Assembly: GCA_963719035.1 (NCBI GenBank)
Contig: CAVRAO010000006.1
Span: 155,851 to 219,850, forward strand
Origin: Methanobacteriota archaeon
GTDB taxonomy: Archaea; Halobacteriota; Bog-38; Methanoflorentales; Methanoflorentaceae
Direction: 5' to 3'
Length of the DNA: 64,000 bases
Below the pieces are notes generated by a model. The model was given only the letters and a program-made list of their open reading frames with translations, was not told where the DNA came from and made no database searches. How positions within the stretch are numbered: position 1 is the stretch's first letter; each line of letters opens with the position of its first letter. Made by a program: the position numbers and the translations under genes. This document shows, in pieces, positions 53,218-62,404 of this stretch.

Positions 53218-54003
53218 TTTGCTCTGCTTTGTTTTTCGCGCGCTCGGTGGCGGCGTTCTTGCCTTCCTTTCGCTTCCCGCTCGGCGCCGGCTTTTGCGTT
53301 TGCCTCCTTGTCTTTTCGTCCTCCCGCTTCGCCCGCTTCCCCTCCTCTCCTCTTCTCTTCCTCCTTTCCTTTTCTCCCCCTTTTTTCGCCTCCCCCTCTT
53401 CTTTCCCCCCCTTCTCTCCTTCTCTCCTCCTTCCCCCTCCTTTCCCTTTCTCTCTCCCCCCCCTTCTCCCCTTTTCCTCCTTCCCTCCCCTCCCCCCTCC
53501 CCTCCCCTCCTCCCCCCTCTTCGCTGCTGATCGGTCTTGGGGGTATCCTGCTCCGCTGATCTCCCTTCCTCTCCTTCGAGGCCTCTTCCTTCTTCGCCCG
53601 TCCACTTTCTCTCTCGTTCTTCGATGTCTTCTCTTTTTTCCTTTCTATCGACCTTTGCTCCCGGCTCGCTCTCTGCCTTTCTTTTTTCTCCTTTCGCCTT
53701 GCCTACGCTGTTCTGACCTCGCGCTCCCTACTCTCCTCGACCTCCGTCTCCTTTTCTTGACTCTTTTTCTTCTCCCCTCCTTTCTCTCCTTTGTCTTTTC
53801 TTCGTCCCTTCTCCCTTACTCCCGTTCTCTTCCTGCTTTCTTTCCTTTCCGACACGTTTCTTTTTCCTTAATCTCACCTCTTCTTTCCTCTTTGCTTCGT
53901 TTCTCCCTTCCTTCTTTCCCTTCGGTTCTCGTCGCCCTTTCGCTTCTCCTTCCTTTTTACTTCTTTTAACTTTCTATCGTGTTGCTCTTGCTTCGTGATG
54001 GTT
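53218..54003. other. Low-complexity C/T-rich, A-depleted tract, probable sequencing/assembly artefact
   Basis: Almost entirely pyrimidines on the + strand, non-periodic, flanked by an exact 110-bp duplication. Confidence 0.75.
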
Positions 54004-54113
54004 AGGCCCCTGTTTTTAGTCGCGCGCGGCTAATCAGAATGCTTCAGTCCCCAGCGCGGACCTCCTTCACCACTATGTCAGCTACTGATCGTCACCCAGT
54101 CCTTTTTGCTGAC
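54004..54113 (+). repeat. 110-bp exact direct repeat, copy 2
   Basis: Identical to 53108-53217. Confidence 0.95.
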
Positions 54114-54119
54114 GTCGCA

Positions 54120-54345
54120 CCATCGAAAGATGAGTTACTAGAGATTCATCGCTCCAAAATCTCGCCCCACCACGCAAAAGCAGGTTGCAACTATCCGACG
54201 ATGAGGCTTGCCCCACACCTTTTCAAAACTTGCCGGGTTACCCATCCGAGTTTTTCAGACCGTTCACAAAGGAGCGATGGCTTTTCTCGTGGTCATATCG
54301 TCTACAGAAGATCCCTCGGAAAGTCCCAAATCGTCTGTCTTGTCG
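54120..54345 (+). pseudogene. Frameshifted small protein, possibly AbrB/SpoVT-like DNA-binding
   Basis: SKDELLEIHRSKISPHHAKAGCNYPTMR joins LPHTFSKLAGLPIRVFQTVHKGAMAFLVVISS after one shift near 54207. Confidence 0.45.
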
Positions 54346-54479
54346 GGCGATTTCACGTATCTCTTGGATCTTCTTCTCTGAGATGTCGGGTGGGGGAAGA
54401 CTTTCTCTCCAACCAGTGGTGCCTTTGAGCGCTCTGATTCAGGGAGTACCATTCAGCGTAGCGGCCAAAACTGAGTAAC

Positions 54480-55037
54480 TTATAGAAGGCGCAGGCTTTT
54501 AAGCTCCTTAACGATTCGATCGACCGCATTGACCGCGTCTTCGGGCTTTCGGCCGCCGGTTATAACCAGTTTGCCGGTACCAAACAAAAGAACCACCACT
54601 TTCGGGTCCGACAACCGGTACACGAGACCGGGAAACTGTTCCGGCTCGTACTCAATGTTTTCAAGCCCGAGACCGATGGCAATTGTGTTCAAGTTCAAAA
54701 CTGTGTGAAGATCCCCGGACGCCACGATGTTTTGGACCTTGATCTCCGGCGTTCCCTTCACGTCGATTCCGATATTTCTTAGGCTTTGAAATACGTTTTC
54801 AACGCCTTTATACACGTCATCGATGCTCTTTGCGCCCGTGCAAACGATTTTTCCCGATCGAAAGATGAGAGCAGCGGTCTTCGGGTCTTTGGTGCGAAAG
54901 ACAACGCCCGGAAACCGTTTAGGATCGTAATCTGCGCCTTCTAATCCAAGCGTTGCTTGCTTCAGATCTATTTCTTGTCCAATGCTGGTGGATGCAACCA
55001 CATTTTCAATTTTAATGCTGTCCCGCGGTTCAACCAT
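54480..55037 (-). CDS. tbp: TATA-box binding protein
   Basis: IKIENVVAS, FPGVVFR, IFRSGKIVCTGAKS, VQNIVAS, YEPEQFPGLVYR and FGTGKLVITG motifs; GGAGG RBS. Confidence 0.96.
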   Translation of the reverse strand: MVEPRDSIKIENVVASTSIGQEIDLKQATLGLEGADYDPKRFPGVVFRTKDPKTAALIFRSGKIVCTGAKSIDDVYKGVENVFQSLRNIGIDVKGTPEIKVQNIVASGDLHTVLNLNTIAIGLGLENIEYEPEQFPGLVYRLSDPKVVVLLFGTGKLVITGGRKPEDAVNAVDRIVKELKSLRLL

Positions 55038-55270
55038 ATTACTTCCTCCTTCCCTGCGATGATAAAGGCTTATGCTGAAAAGCATGAACAAAAAGGACGG
55101 AGACCAACGGACGGCCCTGCGAACTCAGATACGACTTTAAAGAAGCTAGTTCGGCTGCCGCATTATCGGGCGTTACTTTTGGTTTCGCTGGCTTCAAGGT
55201 AGCTTGTACAGTCGGGTTTGAAGTCGGTGTTTCTGCCGGAGGCGCATGAGTGCTGCGTCCGTGAAAACAG

Positions 55271-55665
55271 TCAATAATTGCCTCTTACGAAGAAGATAGC
55301 ATCATCGCCATATGCGTGAATCCAGGTTAATTGTGCTGCAGTGAGGGTGCCCTCCCAGTGGACCCGTCCGCCGTTATTAACTGTTGAACGTGCAATAGCT
55401 ACATAATGCGGGCTCGCCCCGTCTTTTCGTGCAACTAGAGTCACCTGTTCGTCTGCCGATTGTTGCCTACATGCGCGTTGGCGACGAATTGATCGGTCCC
55501 CGTGTCAACAGCGAGTTCACCGTATTTGTAGTCCCCTATCCCTATGTCAAACCGCTGAATGACTGAGTCGTCGGTTGGCGCTGCTGTTACTCCTGTAGTG
55601 GCTGTCAGTGTGCCTATGAGGACGAAGCATAAGGCTACTAAAATCGATGTTTTCCGCATTGTCAT
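55271..55665 (-). pseudogene. Secreted protein, frameshifted near 55460
   Basis: Signal-peptide ORF continues in another frame as EQVTLVARKDG...WIHAYGDDAIFFVRGNY*; length is 3n+2. Confidence 0.6.
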
Positions 55666-55769
55666 TCGCCCCTCTTTTTGATTTGTGTTAAGAGCCCGCT
55701 ACTATGATAAAAGCATCATACACACAATTATTATGTTACAAAGAAGGGCACGTTTGCATAAACAGCGTG

Positions 55770-55895
55770 CTGTACGGAGTTGACATACGCAGACTGCAGC
55801 AGGTCACGGGCCACCCTAATATCAATATAACAGCAATCTACCTGCAGTTTAATGACAAAGATGTGCAGGAAGCGTATGCAAACATGCCGTGTTAA
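55770..55895 (+). mobile_element. Tyrosine recombinase (XerC/D-integrase) C-terminal fragment 1
   Basis: GVDIRRLQQVTGHPNINITAIY corresponds to box II with the catalytic Tyr; upstream domains absent. Confidence 0.8.
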
Positions 55896-55981
55896 TTAAA
55901 ACCTCTTACTTGCTTCTGTGGTGGACTACAACAGCTCAGTTGTGCCAGATTATCGAACGGCCTTCTTTTTTAATGCCGTTA

Positions 55982-56131
55982 TTATATTCTTACGATCTCA
56001 TCGTAAGCGTCGGCTACGCATTTTGCACACACCTTGCTGTCCGGACTTGCTAGTCCTAGCTCGCATTCCGAGTTCAAGTCGAAGTAGCAATAGGTAGAGG
56101 CGTGTGCTGTTGTTTTAACTTCTGAAACCAT
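55982..56131 (-). CDS. Cys-rich micro-protein (49 aa)
   Basis: AGGAGGTGA RBS; MVSEVKTTAHASTYCYFDLNSECELGLASPDSKVCAKCVADAYDEIVRI. Confidence 0.65.
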   Translation of the reverse strand: MVSEVKTTAHASTYCYFDLNSECELGLASPDSKVCAKCVADAYDEIVRI

Positions 56132-56336
56132 TGCTTATTCACCTCCTTTGCTCTCATGTGAGCAGGAAGGACACGTGCCGGCGGTCGATTATAAAGTACG
56201 ACGCTGCGTTTCATCGCAGGTCGCACCATTCGCAAGTCCAAGAGGCAGGTACGCTCTTCCTCACTCTCGATAACGCCAACGATAAGTCACTATGTAATTC
56301 TGCGTGACACGAGATCTGTGTCACAGGTTAACATAG

Positions 56337-56439
56337 CGTATAGCAGGTGCTGGGACATTCAAACATAAGCACAACAGCCCGTTTACCTGCAGTTCAATGA
56401 TAAGGATGTGCAGGAAGCGTATGCAAACGTTCTTTTTAG
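56337..56439 (+). mobile_element. Tyrosine recombinase C-terminal fragment 2 (degenerate)
   Basis: QVLGHSNISTTA/VYLQFNDKDVQEAYANV; 42 of 45 nt identical to fragment 1 (56384-56428 vs 55839-55883). Confidence 0.75.
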
Positions 56440-56506
56440 GATCTGTGGCGCTTAACAGTATCAAATCGTGCTAACTGAACTAGCTTGAAAAGGAGGTGAA
56501 AGAAGA

Positions 56507-56689
56507 ATGACGACAAAAGCTCTTACGAAAGTGGGGACTATCGAGCTGACCGAGCCCGTCTTAAAGAGAATCAATGATATAAGAGGGGGCGTTTCTATAA
56601 GTGATTTCATAGCCGACCTGATTACTGAGCATCTCAAGAAGCAGAAGCGAATTCCACCAGAGGTCGTTGACAGGGCAGAAGTTGATTAG
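56507..56689 (+). CDS. Small ribbon-helix-helix-like DNA-binding protein
   Basis: AGGAGGTGA RBS; TIELTEPVLKRINDIRGGVSISDFIADLI fits the RHH pattern. Confidence 0.65.
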   Translation: MTTKALTKVGTIELTEPVLKRINDIRGGVSISDFIADLITEHLKKQKRIPPEVVDRAEVD

Positions 56690-56780
56690 AGAGCGATCTG
56701 TGGTTTTATCTTCTAACAAGAACTGCTCGAGACCTGCTCCATACTCTACAAATAGATTAAAAAAGAAAGAAAAATGCAGG

Positions 56781-57116
56781 TTATTGGACTTGCATCACCC
56801 ACTGCATAGTTTCTTCGAGCGTCATTGCCACTTTGACTTCAGTCGTGCACCAATTATTCATGTTCATTATCTCTGGTTCCATTGAAAACGCTTGGAACGC
56901 CTCCAAACTCGGGGCTTCAAACACGTCAACTACCAAGTGCTCGGAATGTGCGTTCCACCCGCCAACTATGTTGATGCCGTGTTTCTTTGCGAGTTCTTCT
57001 GATTTGCTCATACCTGCAATCGTCGCTTCTCTCACTCTCTCGTTGTCGAGCGGACAATCTGCTGCAGCGTGCCTTACAATTTCCAAAGTATCACCATTTC
57101 TTGAACCTCCTTTCAT
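56781..57116 (-). CDS. Small dimeric alpha/beta-barrel-like hypothetical protein
   Basis: RH...CP, GINIVGGW, EH and VFEAPSLEAFQ pattern; the RBS-supported ATG at 57097 is one base out of frame. Confidence 0.6.
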   Translation of the reverse strand: MKGGSRNGDTLEIVRHAAADCPLDNERVREATIAGMSKSEELAKKHGINIVGGWNAHSEHLVVDVFEAPSLEAFQAFSMEPEIMNMNNWCTTEVKVAMTLEETMQWVMQVQ

Positions 57117-57261
57117 AATGGCAGCGGTAATAGTAACCGCTGTTTTTCAAAAACGCGAAAAAGGCACTCTAAAGGAATAGATGTTGTTGTGACGGGCGCT
57201 TGTTGCAGCGATATTCCAATTATAAAAAAGAAGAAAGGAAGCGCGAACGCTCCTAACTGAA

Positions 57262-57417
57262 TTATCGTGTGAATAAGGCAAGAAGTCCACCGATAAACAA
57301 AAAGATAACTCCTAACCAAGCAAACCAAATTACTAAACCTGGAAATATTGCTATAAGGGCTCCGAGTATAATAGCAAGTCCTATCATCGTGCCTGCGCTC
57401 ATTTGTTGTTGCTCCAT
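57262..57417 (-). CDS. Two-TM micro-protein (51 aa)
   Basis: AGGAGGTGA RBS; MEQQQMSAGTMIGLAIILGALIAIFPGLVIWFAWLGVIFLFIGGLLALFTR; hairpin + T-tract downstream. Confidence 0.75.
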   Translation of the reverse strand: MEQQQMSAGTMIGLAIILGALIAIFPGLVIWFAWLGVIFLFIGGLLALFTR

Positions 57418-57654
57418 TATTTCACCTCCTGTTGAATTTAGATTGTTTTTATATTTAACAACTCTTTGGGTCAGGGGCCCCCCTAGTGCCTCAAAAAACT
57501 CCTCTTTATGGGGTGAAAAAAGTGAAAAAACTACCCTTAACCGCCTGCCGAAACTGCTGAAATAAAATTGAAAAATATTATTCAGTTGTTGGAATGGGAA
57601 TAAGAGTTATATTTGAACGGATCCAATTGGCACTCGTTCAAGAGGAGGCAAAAC

Positions 57655-57756
57655 ATGGACCGGAAATGGTGGGTTGGCACTATAATCATATTCGCGTTGC
57701 TGTTGTTGGTCATAATCGGCGGTGCAATTCTGCGGTGGAATTTTTGGTTTGGTTAG
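57655..57756 (+). CDS. Single-TM micro-protein (33 aa)
   Basis: TTATAT box and GAGGAGG RBS; MDRKWWVGTIIIFALLLLVIIGGAILRWNFWFG. Confidence 0.65.
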   Translation: MDRKWWVGTIIIFALLLLVIIGGAILRWNFWFG

Positions 57757-57845
57757 TGAGTATAGCCTGAACCATCACACCCTACATCCAACAAAGACTT
57801 CGATTAATGGTTAACCTTTGATTAATCGATGTTTAAGTGATTCGC

Positions 57846-58064
57846 ATGGATGATAGGATAAAGCGTGACGATACGGGAACGCTTTACGTTGACCAAAGGC
57901 AGCAAGAGCAATCCGAACAGGTTGAAGAAGTTGAAGAAATTCAAGAATCACATGGGTTGTTATACTACCTTCTTATGGCGGTAACTGGCGCAATAACGAT
58001 ATTCGGAATATTAGTTGCGCTATTTTTCGGGTTCTTATTTCTACCGGGGTTCCTTCGAAGGTGA
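57846..58064 (+). CDS. Small C-terminally anchored membrane protein
   Basis: Acidic N-terminus, hydrophobic C-terminus ending in RR. Confidence 0.6.
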   Translation: MDDRIKRDDTGTLYVDQRQQEQSEQVEEVEEIQESHGLLYYLLMAVTGAITIFGILVALFFGFLFLPGFLRR

Positions 58065-58140
58065 TTGAACGTTTCGCTTTACTTGTTAATCTACTAAACG
58101 TCCGTCCTTCCAATACTGCAGCGTAGCCCCAAACGGAATA

Positions 58141-58416
58141 ATGATAGAGGCCTGGCCTGCACTGAAAGTAGTGGCAGGAGAGCCTGCAATGACCATAGTT
58201 CCCAACTTCCTCTTAACAGGAATGCGTGCTATTGTCATGGGCATCATAGTCACAATATGGGTAGGCAAATTTATTGAGCATAAAAGCGGCGGCTTAATTC
58301 CACCGTTCTTCGGCATCGCCGCAGGAGTAATCGCCGTGCTGCTTAATTATCAAACGACATCTCAACACGATCAGCTGTTTGAAATGTCTATCAAGGCCGG
58401 AGGGGATAAATTATGA
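58141..58416 (+). pseudogene. Membrane-protein gene fragment
   Basis: EPAMTIVPNFLLTG...IWVGKFIEHKSGG hydrophobic segment; looks internally deleted. Confidence 0.35.
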
Positions 58417-58661
58417 AAACTGTCATCGTCTACACAGCAAGTATGGGTCCACGAAGGACACAGCGACAAAATAGAAACTGAGGCCACTGTTGCTTCCCTC
58501 GCGATCGGTGTCGTTTGAACGAGATTATTGAGAGAGTTTTCGCAGGCAACGGACTGCCAAGGGTTTTGAGGTTGCCTGCTTGTTTTGTTCTTAGTGTTTT
58601 CAACAGCGCTGCCGTGGTACGCTTGAAGTTGCGCTTGAGGATAAGATATCAACGTGCAGGA

Positions 58662-59402
58662 CTATTCCTCGTCTTTCCCGCCGCTCACATAAGCATAGAC
58701 GAAAGCCGCTCCCACGGCACCAACGATGGGCCCGATCACGTAGATAGGAAAATCGGCCCATAGATTGTTCCCTCCCAGAAGCGTAAGCGCGAGAAAGGGC
58801 CCAAACGTTCTCGCCGGGTTGATTGATCCCCCGGTGAGGTTTGAGATCATCGTGAGCGATGCCGTCACCGTGAGGCCAATAATGAGACCAGCGAATCCGG
58901 GCGTTGCCTTTTTATCGACGGCAACGGCCATAATGGCCAACATCAGGAGGAACGTCCCCACGGCTTCCAAAACAATCGCTTGGCCGTACCCGACCCCGTA
59001 GAACGGCGTTGTCGCACCCAATCTGACGTCTACCGCGCGCATGCCGAGACACAACGTAAACAGCAGGCTCGCGACGGTTGCGCCTGCAAGCTGCGCTACC
59101 AGATAAGGTATGACGTCACGCCGTGGGAACTTCCGCACCGCCCATAGCGCAATGGTTACCGCAGGGTTGAAATGCGCCCCCGATACGCGTGCAAAAGCGT
59201 AGATGCCAGCCGCGATGGTCATGCCAAACACGACGTTAATGGCGAGCCAGTTGGCCATAGTTATCCCAATGGAGAACTGGTTAGGCAGTTGCGCGCTTCC
59301 TTGCCCTAGTAGAAGGGCTATGACTACCGCTCCTGCGCCAAAGAAAACTAACAGAAACGTGCCCAAAAACTCCGCTGTTAACTTTTGCCGCAATGACTTC
59401 AT
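58662..59402 (-). CDS. MIP family aquaporin/glycerol facilitator (AqpM-like)
   Basis: AEFLGT, SGAHFNPAVT and GGSINPARTFGP motifs. Confidence 0.95.
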   Translation of the reverse strand: MKSLRQKLTAEFLGTFLLVFFGAGAVVIALLLGQGSAQLPNQFSIGITMANWLAINVVFGMTIAAGIYAFARVSGAHFNPAVTIALWAVRKFPRRDVIPYLVAQLAGATVASLLFTLCLGMRAVDVRLGATTPFYGVGYGQAIVLEAVGTFLLMLAIMAVAVDKKATPGFAGLIIGLTVTASLTMISNLTGGSINPARTFGPFLALTLLGGNNLWADFPIYVIGPIVGAVGAAFVYAYVSGGKDEE

Positions 59403-59743
59403 GCATTAACCTCTTGCACTAGCAGAGGTACTGCTCACCGGATAAACGTTTTTATTTTTATCGATAACCACATATGTGCCTTGCGGCGGTTTAAAACCGA
59501 AAGTCAATCATACATAATGGACGGCTCAGCGTCGTATGCTCGATTGTCGTGGCCGACTAGCTAGGTGTAGTGCCTTAAAGTTGTGAAGTATTGAGTCGTG
59601 CGCGCCTGCGCTTCGAGGAACCGAGGGAAACTTTTTTCGTGGAAGCCCTCCAATTTTGATAAGACCCTTAGCTTCAGCTGTTCGCTGTGAGCTGTCGTAT
59701 TGCCTAATAAAGGAGCTTTTGAGGGTATAGGGAGGTTTTGAGC

Positions 59744-59872
59744 ATGGTAGGACTAGATGACATGAAAAAGAAAGCTGCAGAAGCTGTTGACAAGACGAAA
59801 GACGTAACAGGAGATGCGGGCGGAGAGGTTAAGAAAGTAGGCGAGAAAGCAAAAGACGTCGTTGAAAAATAG
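59744..59872 (+). CDS. LEA/CsbD-like hydrophilic micro-protein (42 aa)
   Basis: GGAGGT RBS; MVGLDDMKKKAAEAVDKTKDVTGDAGGEVKKVGEKAKDVVEK; CCTCCTCG/CGAGGAGG hairpin downstream. Confidence 0.7.
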   Translation: MVGLDDMKKKAAEAVDKTKDVTGDAGGEVKKVGEKAKDVVEK

Positions 59873-60435
59873 GCGTGAATGTTTGGATTTTTCCTCCTCG
59901 GCATTTAGTTTGCGAGGAGGGTCCGTTTTCGTCGCAGATAACACTAATGAACACTTTTTGGTTATCTGCTTGTTAGTGAATTTAGAAACGGTTTTGACTG
60001 CAAAGTGCTTGTAGCACGCGCACGCCTAGCAGCGGCTTTGGTAGATCTAACAGGCAGAGCATACGATAGTTTTAAAATAGGTATTGTGTAGCACCTTCTT
60101 GAACCTAAATACCTCTGATTTTCTGCTTAAACAGAATTGATGAAAGCCACTTATCAAAAACAGCAACTCGTTAGCCTTATTGTAGCAGGATTTGAAAGCG
60201 GCTCTGTGAGGATAGCGGAGGACGTAAAGGAAGCGGAGAGCCTCATTCAAGAATTAAGCACCTATGAACTGGGGGGGCGAAAGCGGACATGTCAGCTATG
60301 GCGCCAAGACCGGACGCTCCTTTGATGACCTTGTGACTAGTCTTGGCCTTTCTTTATTTTCTGCTGTTACACTTGGCTCAAGCCAAGTCATGATTTGGTG
60401 ATTTTTGACAATCGAAAAAAAAGGAGATGAGGAAA

Positions 60436-60567
60436 ATGATTCTCACGAAATTCTTAAAAGAGTGGAACGGCCATAGTCCTGAAAATTCTACGTATCAATA
60501 TGTAGACGAACCGCAAGCAGAGATATTGATTAAGAAGGGCATAGGCGAATCCGTAGACGGTACGTAG
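60436..60567 (+). CDS. Micro-protein (43 aa)
   Basis: GGAG/GAGG upstream; MILTKFLKEWNGHSPENSTYQYVDEPQAEILIKKGIGESVDGT. Confidence 0.5.
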   Translation: MILTKFLKEWNGHSPENSTYQYVDEPQAEILIKKGIGESVDGT

Positions 60568-61124
60568 CCACAACGTTCATTTTACAACTATGGTGTAGAT
60601 GTTACCACTATCGTCGCGCACGCATTAGCGTAGTAAAACATGGGGGTGCAACTCAGGATAAGTATTACTAACGGGTTACTGGTCTGCGCAGCGATCGCGA
60701 CACTGCACGCCGACAATAAACGTAAAAGGGGTATATCGCAGGAGCGTGTTTGTGAACGATGCCGATAAGACGAACGTTAATGAAAGCCAATAATAGACGT
60801 CGAAGCGACCGACTTACTTTTAGCGTTACTAGAACACGAAAGCAACGCCAAAGTCACTAACGTATGATGAGTATACAAACAAGATTACGATAAACCTAGA
60901 TTACGACAAACCTCTAATCTCAATTAGGAATAAACGACATTTTTCCTTCCTCAAAATTACAATTTGAAAACAACTAATCGCTTATAACTATTGCTTGATG
61001 TAAACTAGGAGATAAGGAGAGGTAAACGGAACACCTATCCCGCTCTGCTAGCTAGATTTGACGTGTTACTAGCGGATACACAAATTTGTTACCCCAGCTT
61101 ATTCCACCCGGCAACGTTGTCACC

Positions 61125-62021
61125 TCACTCTATAGTTGTAATAGTGTATGGTGGCCCAATTGCGCTTTTAGTAACGCTGCTACTTACTTGGATGCCGTTA
61201 AGTGTTGTCACCCCTGCCCATTGAGTTGGACTGTTGTAGCTGCCCACAATACCACTTTTTTGTAAGTTTCTTACCGTTAACGAAAACTGAGAATTAGCCG
61301 TTGCGTTGTCCTTGTAGACCTCTACGGTAAGACTGTATTGTATAGGGTTTTGGGTTATCGCGCCTTTGTAGAGCGTTGAGCCGTTAGCGCTAGCACCAAT
61401 GCCGCCAGACTGTTTGAGTGGCTGTGTAATGTTATAACCCTTAGCCTCCACGTCGCGTTGTATAGCGTTTAGTTGCGCTTGCGAGAGCTGAGGCCGTGAA
61501 GTCGTCGCAGTATCCAACGGCGTATTAGTCTGCACAACCCACTCGTCAAGCTCAGTATTATGGGAATAAATAACGTATACGTTACTGACATCAGAACCGA
61601 GAGATTTAGTCAGCTTCGTTGCTTCACCTTTTTTTGCGTTTAGCTGAGTTACTGAAGATGCATTATAGCCGCTGTATAAGTTCTGGAGTACTATCTTTGC
61701 ATATCGCATCACCGCCGCCTCTTTCGACGTGAGAAGTTCTAGTTGAACTCGATGTGTTTGCGTCGTTCCATTAATAGTTACGTTATACTCGCCTGAGTAA
61801 GTTCTATCTCCAGTTCGAGATAGCGGTTTTACAGTAGTAACAGAATCATTACTTAGCCCCCTAAAAGTAGAAGCGTTACCATAATATTTTGCCAAATACG
61901 CGGTGTAATCCGGCGCACTGTACGTAGGCGATGGACTAGGGCTAACAGTCGTGACGCATCCCGCACTAAGCACCGCCGTAATTAACAAGACTGCAATCAG
62001 CACTAACGCTATTTGCTTCAT
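61125..62021 (-). CDS. Lipoprotein
   Basis: Lipobox LSAGC, SPSPSP linker, S/T/N-rich body. Confidence 0.8.
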   Translation of the reverse strand: MKQIALVLIAVLLITAVLSAGCVTTVSPSPSPTYSAPDYTAYLAKYYGNASTFRGLSNDSVTTVKPLSRTGDRTYSGEYNVTINGTTQTHRVQLELLTSKEAAVMRYAKIVLQNLYSGYNASSVTQLNAKKGEATKLTKSLGSDVSNVYVIYSHNTELDEWVVQTNTPLDTATTSRPQLSQAQLNAIQRDVEAKGYNITQPLKQSGGIGASANGSTLYKGAITQNPIQYSLTVEVYKDNATANSQFSLTVRNLQKSGIVGSYNSPTQWAGVTTLNGIQVSSSVTKSAIGPPYTITTIE

Positions 62022-62189
62022 AATTCGCCGTATCTCTCAAACCTAAGCAGTTAAGCAGATAAAACTACCTTTTTTAGGGCTGCAAAAACTTAAAATATCG
62101 GAATAGTTAAGCCACCATCCACCTCTTGCATACGTGATTTAGTATGCAATCGAAACCAATAACTGCTCAACCGGAAATCGGAGGCGAAT

Positions 62190-62369
62190 ATGGTGACGAA
62201 AGGATGGTGCGAAAACTGTCAATTCCAAAACCGTGACGGTGTACTGTATTGCTCTCAATGCGGTGAGGAACTGCAAAATAAGTCACAAAGAGGACGCCAA
62301 ATTATAGCAATTGTATTAATCTTGATTATTGTAACTGGTTTGATTCCAGCCGTGTGGCGCCCTTTTTAA
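62190..62369 (+). CDS. Zinc-ribbon + TM micro-protein (59 aa)
   Basis: GGAGG RBS; CENC...YCSQCG followed by IIAIVLILIIVTGLIPAVWRPF. Confidence 0.75.
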   Translation: MVTKGWCENCQFQNRDGVLYCSQCGEELQNKSQRGRQIIAIVLILIIVTGLIPAVWRPF

Positions 62370-62404
62370 TCTCGCTTCAATCAATGGAGAGAGAGCATAG
62401 CGTG
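62293..62404 (+). repeat. 112-bp direct repeat, right copy (partner at 42970-43081)
   Basis: About 90% identical by manual alignment. Confidence 0.9.

Noticed and set aside
53143-53969. ORF-track proteins rich in P/S/F/L or G/R/E/K
   Set aside because: They arise from the stop-poor low-complexity tract.
60882-60913. 16-bp tandem duplication AGATTACGA(T/C)AAACCT
   Set aside because: Only two units and no spacer; likely slippage.
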